From contig CAVVVN010000004.1 in NCBI GenBank assembly GCA_963751705.1, forward strand, positions 149,999 to 213,998: a DNA stretch of 64,000 bases, written 5' to 3'. Under the pieces are notes generated by a model that had not been told where the DNA came from, searched no databases, and saw only the letters and a program-made list of their open reading frames with translations. The stretch is from an uncultured Bacteroidales bacterium. Its GTDB lineage: Bacteria; Bacteroidota; Bacteroidia; Bacteroidales; GCA-2748055. Position 1 is the stretch's first letter; each line of letters begins with the position of its first letter. The position numbers and the translations under genes are program-made. This document shows, in pieces, positions 9,086-19,384 of the stretch.

Positions 9086-10254
9086 TCATACTGCAAATCA
9101 TATTCTGGATCTGCCTCGGACTCATTCTCTACTCCTATCTTATATTTCCGTTGGTACTACGTATGCTTGCAGGCAAAAGAGAGATAAGCGCCAGCTCATT
9201 CTCAAACGAAGACCTGCCCCTGGTTTCATTGCTAATCGCTGCCTATAATGAAGAGAGGGTTTTAGGAGATAAGATCAAAACCGTTCTGGAGAGTGCCTAT
9301 CCAGCGGAGAAGCTGGAGATCCTCGTCGGTTCGGATGCATCCACAGACCATACGAACGCTTTATTAAAAGAACTGGCAGAGGAAAATCCCTCCATACATC
9401 TTTTTCTTTTCGAAAAGAGGAAGGGGAAACCGGGGATTATTAACCGGCTTGCCAGGAAGGCCAAGGGAGAGATCCTGGTTATCAGTGATGCCAATGTGAT
9501 GCTTGAGAGCAATACCCTGTATGAACTGGTTCGCCATTTCAAAGATGATCGCATTGGCCTGGTGGACTCACGACTGATCAGCACCGGGATCAAACGGGGT
9601 GGAATCTCCAGGCAGGAAAAGTATTATACCAGCCGGGAGGTTAGGATAAAACACGACGAAAGTGTACTCTGGGGATCTATGATGGGCCCGTTTGGAGGTT
9701 GTTACGCGGTGCGGAAATCCCTCTTCCAACCGGTCCCTGATCACTTCCTGGTGGACGATTTCTTTATCAATATGACCGTGCTCCAGCAGGGAGCTTCCTG
9801 CATCAGTAACATCCGGGCAAAGGTCTCTGAGGATGTGTCCAATAATCCACGAGAAGAGTTCAGAAGGAAAAAGCGCATCTCTGCGGGCAATTTCCAGAAC
9901 CTGGCCCGATTTCGTTCCCAGTTGTTAAGAGGGGGACCAGGGGTCGGATTCTGCTTTTTTTCGCACAAAGTTATCCGTTGGATCGTTCCCTTCCTGGTTT
10001 TGACTACCCTGTCTACCTCCATCTTTCTTGCAGGCGACTCTCTGCTCTATCTGATCCTTGCCTTTCTCCAGGTTCTGGTGCTTCTGCTTCCTTTTATTGA
10101 TCATTTGCTGAGGAAAATTAAGATCCATAGTTTACCTTTGCGCTTTATTTCACATTTTGTTCTGATGAACCTGGCCCTCCTGGCTGGTTTTATCAGGTAT
10201 TTAGGAGGAATCGAAAACAATGTCTGGCAACCCACAAGCAGAAAACAGGATTAA
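9082..10254 (+). CDS. Glycosyltransferase family 2, membrane-anchored.
   Basis: [14 protein letters not shown], the VISDANVM (DxD-like) motif and C-terminal TM helices. The ATGA overlaps the upstream GT4 gene. Confidence 0.85.
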   Translation: MIILQIIFWICLGLILYSYLIFPLVLRMLAGKREISASSFSNEDLPLVSLLIAAYNEERVLGDKIKTVLESAYPAEKLEILVGSDASTDHTNALLKELAEENPSIHLFLFEKRKGKPGIINRLARKAKGEILVISDANVMLESNTLYELVRHFKDDRIGLVDSRLISTGIKRGGISRQEKYYTSREVRIKHDESVLWGSMMGPFGGCYAVRKSLFQPVPDHFLVDDFFINMTVLQQGASCISNIRAKVSEDVSNNPREEFRRKKRISAGNFQNLARFRSQLLRGGPGVGFCFFSHKVIRWIVPFLVLTTLSTSIFLAGDSLLYLILAFLQVLVLLLPFIDHLLRKIKIHSLPLRFISHFVLMNLALLAGFIRYLGGIENNVWQPTSRKQD

Positions 10255-11482
10255 ACTCAATTCCGTGGACGAGGCGATAGAAGATATCAGGAACGGTAAG
10301 ATCATTATCGTGGTTGATGATGAGGATAGGGAGAATGAAGGAGATTTTGTCTGTGCCGCAGAACTGGTTACTCCTGAGACAGTCAATTTCATGGCCACCT
10401 GGGGGAAGGGCTTGATCTGCGCCTCTTTGACTGACGAGCGTTGTGAGGAACTGGACCTTCCCATGATGGTAAGTAATAACACCAGCAGTCATTCCACCGC
10501 CTTCACCGTCTCGGTGGATCTTCTGGGTCAGGGCTGCACTACGGGTATTTCCGCATCGGATCGTGCCAAAACACTGCGAGCTCTGGTGGATCCCTCCACC
10601 AAACCAGATGATCTGGCACGTCCCGGACATATCTTCCCTCTGAAATCCAGACGGCAAGGGGTACTTAGACGGGCAGGGCATACCGAAGCTGCCGTGGATC
10701 TGACACGGCTGGCCGGCTTAAAACCCGGAGGGGTCCTGGTGGAGATTATGAGTGACGATGGGACCATGGCCAGGCTTCCGGAGCTGTATCAGCTTGCAAA
10801 GAAGCATAAGCTGAAGTTGATCACCATCAAGGATCTGATTGCCTACAGGCTGAATTTCGATTCCATCATTATCAAAGGAACCAAGGTAAAACTCCCCACC
10901 GAATACGGAGACTTCAAGCTGATCCCCTTTATTCAAAAATCCAATGGCCTGGAGCATGTGGCTCTGGTTAAAGGCGAGTGGAGCGAAGAGGATAACGTCA
11001 TGGTGCGGGTTCACTCCTCCTGCGTGACCGGAGATATTTTCGGCAGTTTCCGTTGTGATTGCGGCAAGCAGCTCCACGAAGCCATGAGAATGGTCCAGAA
11101 GGAGGGTACAGGAGTAATTATCTACCTGAACCAGGAGGGACGTGGCATTGGGCTCTACAATAAGATGAAGGCCTACAAACTACAGGAGGAAGGGCGCGAC
11201 ACTGTGGAAGCCAATGTGGAACTGGGATTTAAGGATGATGAGCGCGATTACGGGGTGGGTGCTGGTATGCTGCACTCCCTGGGAATCAGAAATATGAGGC
11301 TGATCACCAACAACCCGGTAAAAAAAGCCGGACTGGAAGGCTATGGAATGACCATTAAGGAAACTATACAACTGGAAATCCCTTCAAACAAACACAATCA
11401 GTTTTACCTGGAGACCAAGCGGGATAAGATGGGGCATTTTCTCAATATTGCAAGGTATAACGGTTCCCATTCAGATGAGTAA
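10220..11482 (+). CDS. ribBA: Bifunctional 3,4-dihydroxy-2-butanone-4-phosphate synthase / GTP cyclohydrolase II.
   Basis: [22 protein letters not shown] (RibB) and [35 protein letters not shown] (RibA). Confidence 0.95.
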   Translation: MSGNPQAENRIKLNSVDEAIEDIRNGKIIIVVDDEDRENEGDFVCAAELVTPETVNFMATWGKGLICASLTDERCEELDLPMMVSNNTSSHSTAFTVSVDLLGQGCTTGISASDRAKTLRALVDPSTKPDDLARPGHIFPLKSRRQGVLRRAGHTEAAVDLTRLAGLKPGGVLVEIMSDDGTMARLPELYQLAKKHKLKLITIKDLIAYRLNFDSIIIKGTKVKLPTEYGDFKLIPFIQKSNGLEHVALVKGEWSEEDNVMVRVHSSCVTGDIFGSFRCDCGKQLHEAMRMVQKEGTGVIIYLNQEGRGIGLYNKMKAYKLQEEGRDTVEANVELGFKDDERDYGVGAGMLHSLGIRNMRLITNNPVKKAGLEGYGMTIKETIQLEIPSNKHNQFYLETKRDKMGHFLNIARYNGSHSDE

Positions 11483-12455
11483 GCAGAACCCAAGGATCGT
11501 TTTTATGGGGAGTCCCGGTTTTGCCCTGGGTCCTCTGCAACTTCTGCTGGAGTCGGGCTGTCAGGTGGTGGGAGTCATCACTGCCCCGGATCGTCCGGCG
11601 GGACGTGGAAAAAAGATTCGATATTCCGCCGTCAAGGAGTTCCTGCTAAAGGAAAATAAACACATTCCCCTTCTTCAGCCGGAGAATCTGAAAGCTGAGC
11701 CCTTCCTGGAAACTTTAAAAGCTCTAAAGCCTGAGCTGCAGATCGTGGTAGCATTCCGGATGTTGCCGGAAGCAGTATGGAGCATTCCTACCATGGGAAC
11801 CTTTAATCTGCACGCGTCCTTACTACCGCAGTACCGGGGCGCAGCACCCATAAACCATGTCCTCATTAATGGAGAAAAGGTGACAGGGGTAAGCACCTTT
11901 CTCATCGATAAACAGATTGATACCGGAAATATTTTACTCCAGGAAAAAATAGAAATCGGCCCTGAAGAGACAGCCGGAGAACTGCATGACAGACTTATGG
12001 ACCTGGGAGCCGGACTGGTTCTGGAAACGGTCAGGCAAATCAGCGGGGGAGCGCTGAAAGCAAAGTCACAGGAGCTTTTTCTGGAACCTGGTTCAGTTTT
12101 GAAACAAGCTCCAAAAATATTCAAGGAGGACTGCCGAATCGACTGGAACCTTCCGGGCCTGGCACTCTTCAACCTGATCCGGGGACTCAGCCCCTACCCG
12201 GGGGCCTTTACCCATCTGGAAAGGGAAAGGGGCCAGGCTTTGTTTTGCAAGATCTTCAAGGCCACCCTGGAGCCTGCTTTACAGCTTGATACGCCCGGTA
12301 CTATTTCCACGGATGGCAAGAGATTTTTGATGGTAGCCGCTAAAGACAGTCTGCTCCGGATACACTCCATTCAGCAGGAGGGAAAAAGAAAGATGGATAT
12401 CCAGGATTTCCTGGCTGGATTTGAACTTAAGAACGGGGAGTCCCGGTTTTCCTGA
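11475..12455 (+). CDS. fmt: Methionyl-tRNA formyltransferase.
   Basis: [43 protein letters not shown] (the HxSLLPxxRG motif). The ATG at 11475 overlaps the ribBA stop. Confidence 0.93.
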   Translation: MSKQNPRIVFMGSPGFALGPLQLLLESGCQVVGVITAPDRPAGRGKKIRYSAVKEFLLKENKHIPLLQPENLKAEPFLETLKALKPELQIVVAFRMLPEAVWSIPTMGTFNLHASLLPQYRGAAPINHVLINGEKVTGVSTFLIDKQIDTGNILLQEKIEIGPEETAGELHDRLMDLGAGLVLETVRQISGGALKAKSQELFLEPGSVLKQAPKIFKEDCRIDWNLPGLALFNLIRGLSPYPGAFTHLERERGQALFCKIFKATLEPALQLDTPGTISTDGKRFLMVAAKDSLLRIHSIQQEGKRKMDIQDFLAGFELKNGESRFS

Positions 12456-12879
12456 GCTGCTTCAAATTCAGATCTATCCCCTCGGTTAAGAGATAATAGA
12501 GCCTGAGGGCATTGATAAACTGCAATTGGTAGGAACGGGAATACCTGCCCGAAACAAAAAACTCAAAATTATAGTCTTCAATGGCTCCCATGCTGATCTT
12601 CCGCGGCTCAACTCCCTTAAAATACTCGAAAAACCTCCTTACCATAAAAAGATAGCTTTTCCTCGATTTTTCAGAATAACCCTCCTTTTCCAGTTGCCTG
12701 TCATAGAAGTCAAGATCCACCCCTTCTTCCTTCGGGGGGTGCCGGAAAAGGGATGAAATGGAGTGCCACCATTCCGGAGAGGCTCTCCTGGAAGCGCTCT
12801 CTCCAAAAAAATCTATCCGGGTTTGCCGGCCGTCAGGGGGCAGGATCATCCTGATGGGTGCTGTTTCTGCATCGGCCAT
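12427..12879 (-). CDS. Tyrosine-recombinase (integrase) N-terminal SAM-like/core-binding domain only. The catalytic domain is absent, so this is a likely remnant.
   Basis: YSEKSRKSYLFMVRRFFEYFKGVEPRKISMGAIEDYNFEFFVSGRYSRSYQLQFINALRLYYLL resembles the N-terminal domain of Bacteroidota XerC/D-like integrases. The ORF ends 29 nt into the convergent fmt 3' end, where the catalytic half should begin. Confidence 0.5.
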   Translation of the reverse strand: MADAETAPIRMILPPDGRQTRIDFFGESASRRASPEWWHSISSLFRHPPKEEGVDLDFYDRQLEKEGYSEKSRKSYLFMVRRFFEYFKGVEPRKISMGAIEDYNFEFFVSGRYSRSYQLQFINALRLYYLLTEGIDLNLKQLRKTGTPRS

Positions 12880-12990
12880 GGTTTAGTTTTCTAACAAATT
12901 TAAACTACCCGCAGACCAATGTAAAGTTTTGACTGTCAAAATGATTAACATGTTTTGAACAATCTCCTTCCAGGCTGGCACGGGAAGGCA

Positions 12991-14058
12991 CTAATATTCA
13001 AAGCGGAACTGCATCTCTTCCTCTTCATACTGTTCCTTGCTGGGCTCCAGTTTTAGTATGGGTTCCCGCTTTGTTCTCCTCAGGTAGATCTCTGTTCCTT
13101 CCAGGGGTTGCTCCCCTTCCGACATATGGTTTTTCCTGTAGAGATGTTTCAGCTTCACGCCGTAGATCTGTGAAATATCGTACATGGTCTGCCCCTCTTC
13201 CACCCCGTGGATGTCATTGCCCACTGCTGCCTTTCTCCTTTTTGGCTGGAGGTAGATGATGCTGCCTTCAGCCAGCTTTGCACCCTTGTAGAGGTTATTG
13301 TACTTGTAGATCTCATTCTTATACATTCCCATCTCGGCTCTAAGCGATTCAGGGGTATCTCCAGGCTCTGAAAGAATGTATTCAATCTGGTTATTCAGCA
13401 AAATTATTCTTTCGGACTGAGCTCCGTAGTTCGTATGGTAAGAGATAGTATCCAGATCGTCAGCCATACTCCCGTTAAGCACCATAAGGTCATATTTGTA
13501 TAATTCATTCTCCTCAATGATCCTGATAAGCAGCGTGGCGTAGTTGTTGGCCGTGGCATATCCGGCTTTTTTCAGGCCTTTGGCCCAACTCCTGTAATCG
13601 TGTGGACTGATCTCAAAAAGAGGAGCATACCTGGATTTCGTAGTAAGAAATTCGGAGTGATCCCAGAAGGATTCATAGGCGGAAGCATAGGATCTGAAGC
13701 ACTCTCGCCTGCTGTCGTCATCGTGATAGATCTTTTTCCCCGTCCAGTCATGGCACTTGATACCAAAATGATTGTTTCCCCTTACTGCCAGTCTGCTATT
13801 GCCGTTATTGGACTCCAGGCAGCCCTGTGCCAGAGTAATGCTGGCTGGAATCCCTACCCTGGCCATCTCCCGCATGGCCAGCTCAGAGTAGGTCCGGATA
13901 TACTCCTCCCTGCTGTTCTTCTTCTGACCTTCAAGAGGAATAACTAAGATGGATAGCAGCAGGATGATCAGTGCCGCCTTTAAGTGATCTGATATTTTCA
14001 ACAACTGTTCCCTCCTTTGTTCGATGAATACTCCGTGGATAAAAATAGAGATAAGCAC
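12991..14058 (-). CDS. Peptidoglycan hydrolase: glucosaminidase (FlgJ/mannosyl-glycoprotein endo-beta-N-acetylglucosaminidase) domain plus two LysM repeats.
   Basis: ITLAQGCLESNNGNSRLAVRGNNHFGIKC (glucosaminidase). Two LysM-like segments: YILSEPGDTPESLRAEMGMYKNEIYKYNNL... and HGVEEGQTMYDISQIYGVKLKHLYRKNHM... Confidence 0.85.
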   Translation of the reverse strand: MLISIFIHGVFIEQRREQLLKISDHLKAALIILLLSILVIPLEGQKKNSREEYIRTYSELAMREMARVGIPASITLAQGCLESNNGNSRLAVRGNNHFGIKCHDWTGKKIYHDDDSRRECFRSYASAYESFWDHSEFLTTKSRYAPLFEISPHDYRSWAKGLKKAGYATANNYATLLIRIIEENELYKYDLMVLNGSMADDLDTISYHTNYGAQSERIILLNNQIEYILSEPGDTPESLRAEMGMYKNEIYKYNNLYKGAKLAEGSIIYLQPKRRKAAVGNDIHGVEEGQTMYDISQIYGVKLKHLYRKNHMSEGEQPLEGTEIYLRRTKREPILKLEPSKEQYEEEEMQFRFEY

Positions 14059-14169
14059 TGCAGTTCCTCACTGGAGTTTTTAACAATCCCTTACTCCTTA
14101 ACGTCCGTTGATAACAAAATCTTATCCCTGAGATAATATCACTAACTTTATTTTTAAATAGCTTACATC

Positions 14170-14652
14170 ATGAAACAGAGGGCATATACGGTAAGGTTGT
14201 ATGAGTATGACCAGCTGGAGGAACTGTCGAAAGAGCAGGTTCTTTTAGTTAACAGCGCTGTAACAGCTGCAAAAGGCGCCTATGCACCCTATTCGGAATA
14301 CCATGTGGGTGCCGCAGTCCGATTGGCCAATGGAGAGATAGTGATTGGCAGCAACCAGGAAAATGCTGCCTACCCTTCAGGGCTCTGTGCCGAACGGGTG
14401 GCCATCTATTATGCGGGAGCCCGGCATCCCGATGTGCCGGTAGAATCCATCGCCATCGCTGCCATCCGTAATGGAATTGTCCAGGAAGAACCTGTTGCGC
14501 CCTGTGGTGCCTGCCGGCAGGTCCTGTATGAGAAGGAGAGCCAGGGAGAAGCTTCCATGGAACTGATCCTCTATGGAAGTAAAAAGATCCAGGTCTTATC
14601 CAAGGTGACTGACCTGCTGCCACTTCCCTTTAAGCTGGCGGACTTTTCTTAA
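14170..14652 (+). CDS. cdd: Cytidine deaminase.
   Basis: Zinc motifs CAERVAI and PCGACRQVL. 160 aa. Confidence 0.9.
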   Translation: MKQRAYTVRLYEYDQLEELSKEQVLLVNSAVTAAKGAYAPYSEYHVGAAVRLANGEIVIGSNQENAAYPSGLCAERVAIYYAGARHPDVPVESIAIAAIRNGIVQEEPVAPCGACRQVLYEKESQGEASMELILYGSKKIQVLSKVTDLLPLPFKLADFS

Positions 14653-15361
14653 AAAAGACCGGAAAAATATCCATTTTCGGATAGGGGGCCTGCACTTCTA
14701 TCTGCTCTTTTTTAACTGGATGGATAAAAGAGATCCGACGCGCATGCAGGCTAATGCCCCCGTTTGGATTAGTCCTTCTCGCCCCATATTTACGGTCCCC
14801 TTTTATAACACTGCCAATGCCGGCTAACTGGGCCCTGATCTGGTGATGACGTCCTGTCTCCAGCTTTATTTCAAGCAGGTGATAACGATCCGAGGAGGCC
14901 AGTTTCCGATAATGAAGCCGGGCGTGTTTTGAACCGCTTACTTCGCTATCATGGATATAGCTTTTATTCTGTTTGGTGTTTCGGGTCAGGTAATGATCCA
15001 GGGTGCCGGATTCGGGCGAAGGACACTTTTCAACGATGGCATGGTAGATCTTCTCAACTTCTTTTCCCTTGAAGAGAGCAGCCATCCGGCTTAAGGCCTT
15101 GCTTGTTTTCGCAAATACCACGGCGCCGCTAACCGGGCGATCCAGCCGGTGGGGGATTCCAAGGAATACCTCCCCCGGTTTATGATCTCGTTCCCTGATA
15201 AACTCTTTCAGCAGTTTATCCAGCGAAGCATCCCCTGTTTTATCCCCCTGTACAATCTGTGAGACACGTTTGTTGACAATCATCAGGTGATTGTCTTCGT
15301 ATAAAATGGTTGCAGGTGGTTTCAGGAAACTCATCTCCGCAGGCCCGGTATTATCTGACAA
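14630..15361 (-). CDS. RluA-family pseudouridine synthase.
   Basis: ILYEDNHLMIVNK, the catalytic motif HRLDRPVSGAVVFAKT, and RHHQIRAQLA. Confidence 0.9.
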   Translation of the reverse strand: MSDNTGPAEMSFLKPPATILYEDNHLMIVNKRVSQIVQGDKTGDASLDKLLKEFIRERDHKPGEVFLGIPHRLDRPVSGAVVFAKTSKALSRMAALFKGKEVEKIYHAIVEKCPSPESGTLDHYLTRNTKQNKSYIHDSEVSGSKHARLHYRKLASSDRYHLLEIKLETGRHHQIRAQLAGIGSVIKGDRKYGARRTNPNGGISLHARRISFIHPVKKEQIEVQAPYPKMDIFPVFFKKSPPA

Positions 15362-15367
15362 ATAGCG

Positions 15368-16183
15368 CTAATACTGTTCGTTTTCATTGGGAAAGGAGAC
15401 CGATCTCACATCATCAATATAATTCTTTACAGCGCCCTTTATCTCCATCTGGAGGTTGTGATAACGCCTCAGGAAACGGGGAGAAAACTCCTGGGTAATT
15501 CCCAGCATGTCATGCAGTACCAGAACCTGCCCGCTAACCTGCGATCCGGCTCCAATCCCTATGGTGGGGATTTTAATGGCATCGGTAACTTCACCTGCAA
15601 GCTTGGCCGGGATTTTTTCAAGAACCACTGCAAAACAGCCCGCATCGGCAAGGATCTTTGCATCTGACTTCAACTTGTCGGCCTCTTCCTTCTCCGTAGC
15701 CCGGACCACATAGGTTCCAAATTTATGAATGGCCTGGGGAGTTAATCCCAGGTGCCCCATGACTGGAATACCTGCCGAGAGGATCCGCTCAATGGATTCT
15801 TTGATTTCCACCCCTCCCTCCATCTTAATGGCACTGGCGCCGGTTTCCTTCATGATTCGAATGGCCGAGGCCAGTGCTTCTTTGGAGTTACCCTGGTAAG
15901 TGCCAAAGGGCAAGTCCACCACCACCAGGGCCCTGCTGGTAGCTCTAACCACCGATGCCGCATGGTAGATCATGTTATCCAGGGTGATGGGCAGCGTGGT
16001 CTCATGACCCGCCATAACATTGGAAGCCGAATCTCCCACAAGAATCACATCAATGCCTGCCTGATCCAGGAGGCGGGCAAAAGAGTAGTCATACCCGGTC
16101 AACATGGCGATCTTCTCCCCTTTTAGCTTCATGGCCATAAGTACATGGGTGGTAACACGTTTTACATTGCTGTGCAGCGTCAT
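15368..16183 (-). CDS. panB: 3-methyl-2-oxobutanoate hydroxymethyltransferase.
   Basis: [48 protein letters not shown] and IGIGAG motifs. Confidence 0.95.
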   Translation of the reverse strand: MTLHSNVKRVTTHVLMAMKLKGEKIAMLTGYDYSFARLLDQAGIDVILVGDSASNVMAGHETTLPITLDNMIYHAASVVRATSRALVVVDLPFGTYQGNSKEALASAIRIMKETGASAIKMEGGVEIKESIERILSAGIPVMGHLGLTPQAIHKFGTYVVRATEKEEADKLKSDAKILADAGCFAVVLEKIPAKLAGEVTDAIKIPTIGIGAGSQVSGQVLVLHDMLGITQEFSPRFLRRYHNLQMEIKGAVKNYIDDVRSVSFPNENEQY

Positions 16184-16506
16184 GGTCTTTGAGTTATAAT
16201 TGACTCTCCTTGCAGCAAGCTGCTAGGATCATCGACTAATTGTTTATTTAATATGTGCTCGCTTACTCTCGCAGCAGAGCTGTGTGGATTGCGCTCGCGT
16301 AATTCCCTACAAAGTTTACAATAAATTTCCGTATAGCAGTCAATTTGTCAGTAAACCTGACATGCAACCGGCAGTTTTTTGCGAATAATTGTGCCAATAT
16401 AACATCCGGAGCCGGAAAAACCCGATTGGCATAATCTTAGATAGGCCTATGGTATCATATCCAAAGGGATTGTAAAATAACAGAAAGACATAAACAGATA
16501 ATAGTT

Positions 16507-18414
16507 ATGAGTAAAATTATTGGAATAGATTTAGGTACCACAAACTCCTGTGTATCGGTAATGGAAGGCAACGAACCCGTTGTGATACCCAACAGTGAAG
16601 GAAAAAGGACCACCCCTTCCATGGTGGCCTTTGTGGAGAACGGAGAACGCAAAGTGGGCGACCCGGCCAAAAGGCAGGCCATCACTAATCCCACCAAAAC
16701 GGTATCCTCCATCAAGCGTTTCATGGGTGAGACCTATGACAGGGTTAGCAAAGAGATCGCAAGGGTCCCTTATAAAGTGGTCAAGGGTGAAAATAACACC
16801 CCGCGCGTTCAAATTGACGACCGGAAATACTCTCCCCAGGAAATTTCAGCCATGGTGCTTCAAAAAATGAAGAAGACCGCAGAGGACTACCTGGGTCATG
16901 AAGTTAAAGAGGCCGTTATTACCGTACCGGCTTATTTCAGTGACTCACAACGCCAGGCCACTAAAGAGGCAGGTGAAATTGCCGGACTCCAGGTAAAGCG
17001 GATTATAAATGAACCCACCGCAGCATCGCTGGCCTATGGTCTGGACAAAAAGACTTCGGATTTGAAAATTGCCGTATTTGACCTGGGTGGTGGAACCTTT
17101 GACATCTCCATTCTGGAGCTTGGAGATGGCGTTTTTGAGGTCAAATCCACCAACGGAGATACCCACCTGGGAGGAGATGATTTTGACCAGGTGATTATCG
17201 ACTGGCTGGCTGATGAATTTAAGAAAGATGAAGGTCTGGACCTGAAGAAGGATCCCATGGCCCTGCAGCGCCTGAAAGAAGCTGCAGAAAAAGCCAAGAT
17301 CGAACTATCCAGTGCCACACAGACGGAGATCAATCTTCCTTATATCATGCCGGTGGACGGAGTACCTAAGCACCTGGTAAAAAGTCTTTCCAGGGCAAAA
17401 TTTGAAAGCCTGGCAGACAGCCTGATCCAGGCCGTCGTTGAACCTTGTAAGAAGGCACTGAAGGATTCAGGTCTGAAAAACAGCGAGATAAACGAAGTCA
17501 TTCTGGTGGGCGGTTCCACCCGGATTCCTGCCATCCAGAAGTTGGTGGAGGATTTCTTCGGGAAAGCACCATCCAAAGGGGTGAATCCCGATGAGGTAGT
17601 TGCCGTTGGTGCTGCCATTCAGGGGGGAGTCCTGACAGGTGAGGTAAAAGATGTCCTCTTACTGGATGTGACACCGCTTTCACTGGGTATTGAAACCATG
17701 GGAAGTGTCAACACCAAGCTGATCGAGTCCAATACCACCATACCCACCAAGAAAACTCAAACCTTTACCACAGCGGCTGATAACCAGCCTTCGGTGGAGA
17801 TTCATGTGCTGCAGGGTGAACGTGCCCTGGCCAAAGATAACAAGACCATTGGAAGATTCCACCTGGATGGAATTCCGCCCTCACCGCGTGGTATTCCGCA
17901 GATCGAGGTCACATTCGATATCGATGCCAATGGCATCCTGAATGTGAGTGCCAAGGACAAAGGGACCGGAAAAGTGCAGAGCATCCGCATTGAGGCTTCA
18001 TCAGGACTTTCCGACAGTGAGATCGAGAAGATGAAAAAGGAGGCCAAAGAAAATGAAGAGGCCGATAAGACAGCCAAGGAGCGCATTGATAAACTTAATG
18101 CAGCCGACAGCCTCGTATTCCAGACGGAAAAGCAGCTGAAAGAGTTTGGGGAAAAGCTTCCTGCTGAAAAGAAAACTCCCATCGAAGAAGCGCTGAGCAC
18201 CCTGAAAGAGGCTCATAAATCAGAGGATATCGCGGCCATTGATCAGGCCACGGAAACCCTGAACGCTGCCTGGCAGGCTGCCTCACAGGATATGTACAAT
18301 GCGCAACAGCAAGGTGGTGATGCCGGTCAGCCCGGTGCCGAAGCTGAAGGCGAGCCTGCATCTGGCAAAGGAGATGATGAGGTAACCGATGTGGATTTTG
18401 AAGAGGTAAAATAG
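16507..18414 (+). CDS. dnaK: Molecular chaperone DnaK (Hsp70).
   Basis: [38 protein letters not shown]. 635 aa, full length. Confidence 0.99.
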   Translation: MSKIIGIDLGTTNSCVSVMEGNEPVVIPNSEGKRTTPSMVAFVENGERKVGDPAKRQAITNPTKTVSSIKRFMGETYDRVSKEIARVPYKVVKGENNTPRVQIDDRKYSPQEISAMVLQKMKKTAEDYLGHEVKEAVITVPAYFSDSQRQATKEAGEIAGLQVKRIINEPTAASLAYGLDKKTSDLKIAVFDLGGGTFDISILELGDGVFEVKSTNGDTHLGGDDFDQVIIDWLADEFKKDEGLDLKKDPMALQRLKEAAEKAKIELSSATQTEINLPYIMPVDGVPKHLVKSLSRAKFESLADSLIQAVVEPCKKALKDSGLKNSEINEVILVGGSTRIPAIQKLVEDFFGKAPSKGVNPDEVVAVGAAIQGGVLTGEVKDVLLLDVTPLSLGIETMGSVNTKLIESNTTIPTKKTQTFTTAADNQPSVEIHVLQGERALAKDNKTIGRFHLDGIPPSPRGIPQIEVTFDIDANGILNVSAKDKGTGKVQSIRIEASSGLSDSEIEKMKKEAKENEEADKTAKERIDKLNAADSLVFQTEKQLKEFGEKLPAEKKTPIEEALSTLKEAHKSEDIAAIDQATETLNAAWQAASQDMYNAQQQGGDAGQPGAEAEGEPASGKGDDEVTDVDFEEVK

Positions 18415-18437
18415 AAGTCCTGACCATAAATGTGTAA

Positions 18438-18470
18438 AAGAGGGTGTCTCAATGGGCACCCTCTTTTTGT
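18438..18470 (+). terminator. Rho-independent terminator of dnaK.
   Basis: AAGAGGGTG (18438-18446) pairs with CACCCTCTT (18457-18465), followed by TTTTGT. It lies 24 nt after the stop. Confidence 0.8.
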
Positions 18471-18622
18471 GGGGTAATTTTGTCGTGAAGCGGTTGTTAC
18501 TTCGTAAAAACCCCAGTTCACTTCCAAAACAACCCACAGATAGGGTGCCTTGAGGGAGACTTTCTCCAGGATTTACAGTTGGAGGATCAAATAAACACTC
18601 CATTTTTAATATCTTTGAATTT

Positions 18623-19372
18623 ATGTGGAGACTATTCATTAGCTGTATATGGCTTTCCGGATTCCTCTCCCTGCAGGGTCAGAACCTGGTGGATGAAGAG
18701 GGACGGAAAACCGGTCACTGGAAAGTGGAGTATCCCAATGGGAAGACCCTCTTTGAGGCTGATTTTGTGAAAGGGCGCCCGGTGGGTGAAATGATTCGTT
18801 ATTATGAAAACGGAGCCGTAAGGGCCCGAATGAGTTTTGAACCCGGAGGAGACCGCAGTGCCACACAGCTCTATTACAAAAATGGTAAGCTAGCAGCAGA
18901 AGGTTGGTATGTAAACCAGCTGAAGGATTCTGTGTGGACCTACTATTCAGAATTTGATGGTTCCCTGAGGATCAGAGAGCCCTACCAGGATGGGAAACTG
19001 GATGGAAAAGTAAAAAGTTATTATGCCAGTGGAGAGATCTCCGAAGAGGTGGAGTGGAAAAAAGATGTGAAAGAGGGATCGTGGATGCAGTACTTCAAAA
19101 ACGGTACGCCCAGGCTTTCCGCCAAGCATAAAAAGGGACTTCTGGATGGACCCTACGAGGTCTTCCTCTCTGACAGCACGATTCAGATCAGGGGAATGTA
19201 CCTGGAGAACAGGGCACATGGAACCTGGCATTTTTTTAATGAAAGCGGTAAGGAGGCCTATTCCCTCGAATACAAGAACGGAGCACCGGCCGACCGGGAA
19301 AAATATGAAGAATGGATGGAAGATTCCCTGAAGAAATATCTGATCATTACAGAACCGGAATCCCTCCTTTAG
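18623..19372 (+). CDS. MORN-repeat-variant (YwqK-like) secreted protein.
   Basis: A signal peptide plus repeated G-x-W/K...Y..NG.. units (GRKTGHWKVEYPNGK, GEMIRYYENGA, ATQLYYKNGKLAAEGWY, GKVKSYYASGE, GSWMQYFKNG, GPYEVF...). Confidence 0.7.
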   Translation: MWRLFISCIWLSGFLSLQGQNLVDEEGRKTGHWKVEYPNGKTLFEADFVKGRPVGEMIRYYENGAVRARMSFEPGGDRSATQLYYKNGKLAAEGWYVNQLKDSVWTYYSEFDGSLRIREPYQDGKLDGKVKSYYASGEISEEVEWKKDVKEGSWMQYFKNGTPRLSAKHKKGLLDGPYEVFLSDSTIQIRGMYLENRAHGTWHFFNESGKEAYSLEYKNGAPADREKYEEWMEDSLKKYLIITEPESLL

Positions 19373-19384
19373 GTATAAACTCTC

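Noticed and set aside
12971-12990. TGGCACGGGAAGGCAC, together with the hairpin CCTTCC-N11-GGAAGG after the glucosaminidase gene, considered as a sigma-54 promoter or terminator.
   Set aside because: There is no GC at the -12 spacing and no downstream plus-strand gene. The hairpin lacks a following T-run, so terminator support is weak.
16380-16397. A sigma-54-like TGGCAC-AATTA-TTCGCA on the minus strand upstream of panB.
   Set aside because: The -12 element is off. It reads TTCGC rather than TTGCA, and the GC falls one position out of the strict GG-N10-GC spacing. It also lies about 200 nt from the panB start with no nearby activator.
18623-19372. The MORN/YwqK-like protein, often auto-annotated as a toxin-antitoxin system antitoxin, considered as part of a TA or defence module.
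   Set aside because: It has a signal peptide and no adjacent toxin-like gene. The neighbours are dnaK and a T9SS subtilase, so the TA label would be annotation carry-over.
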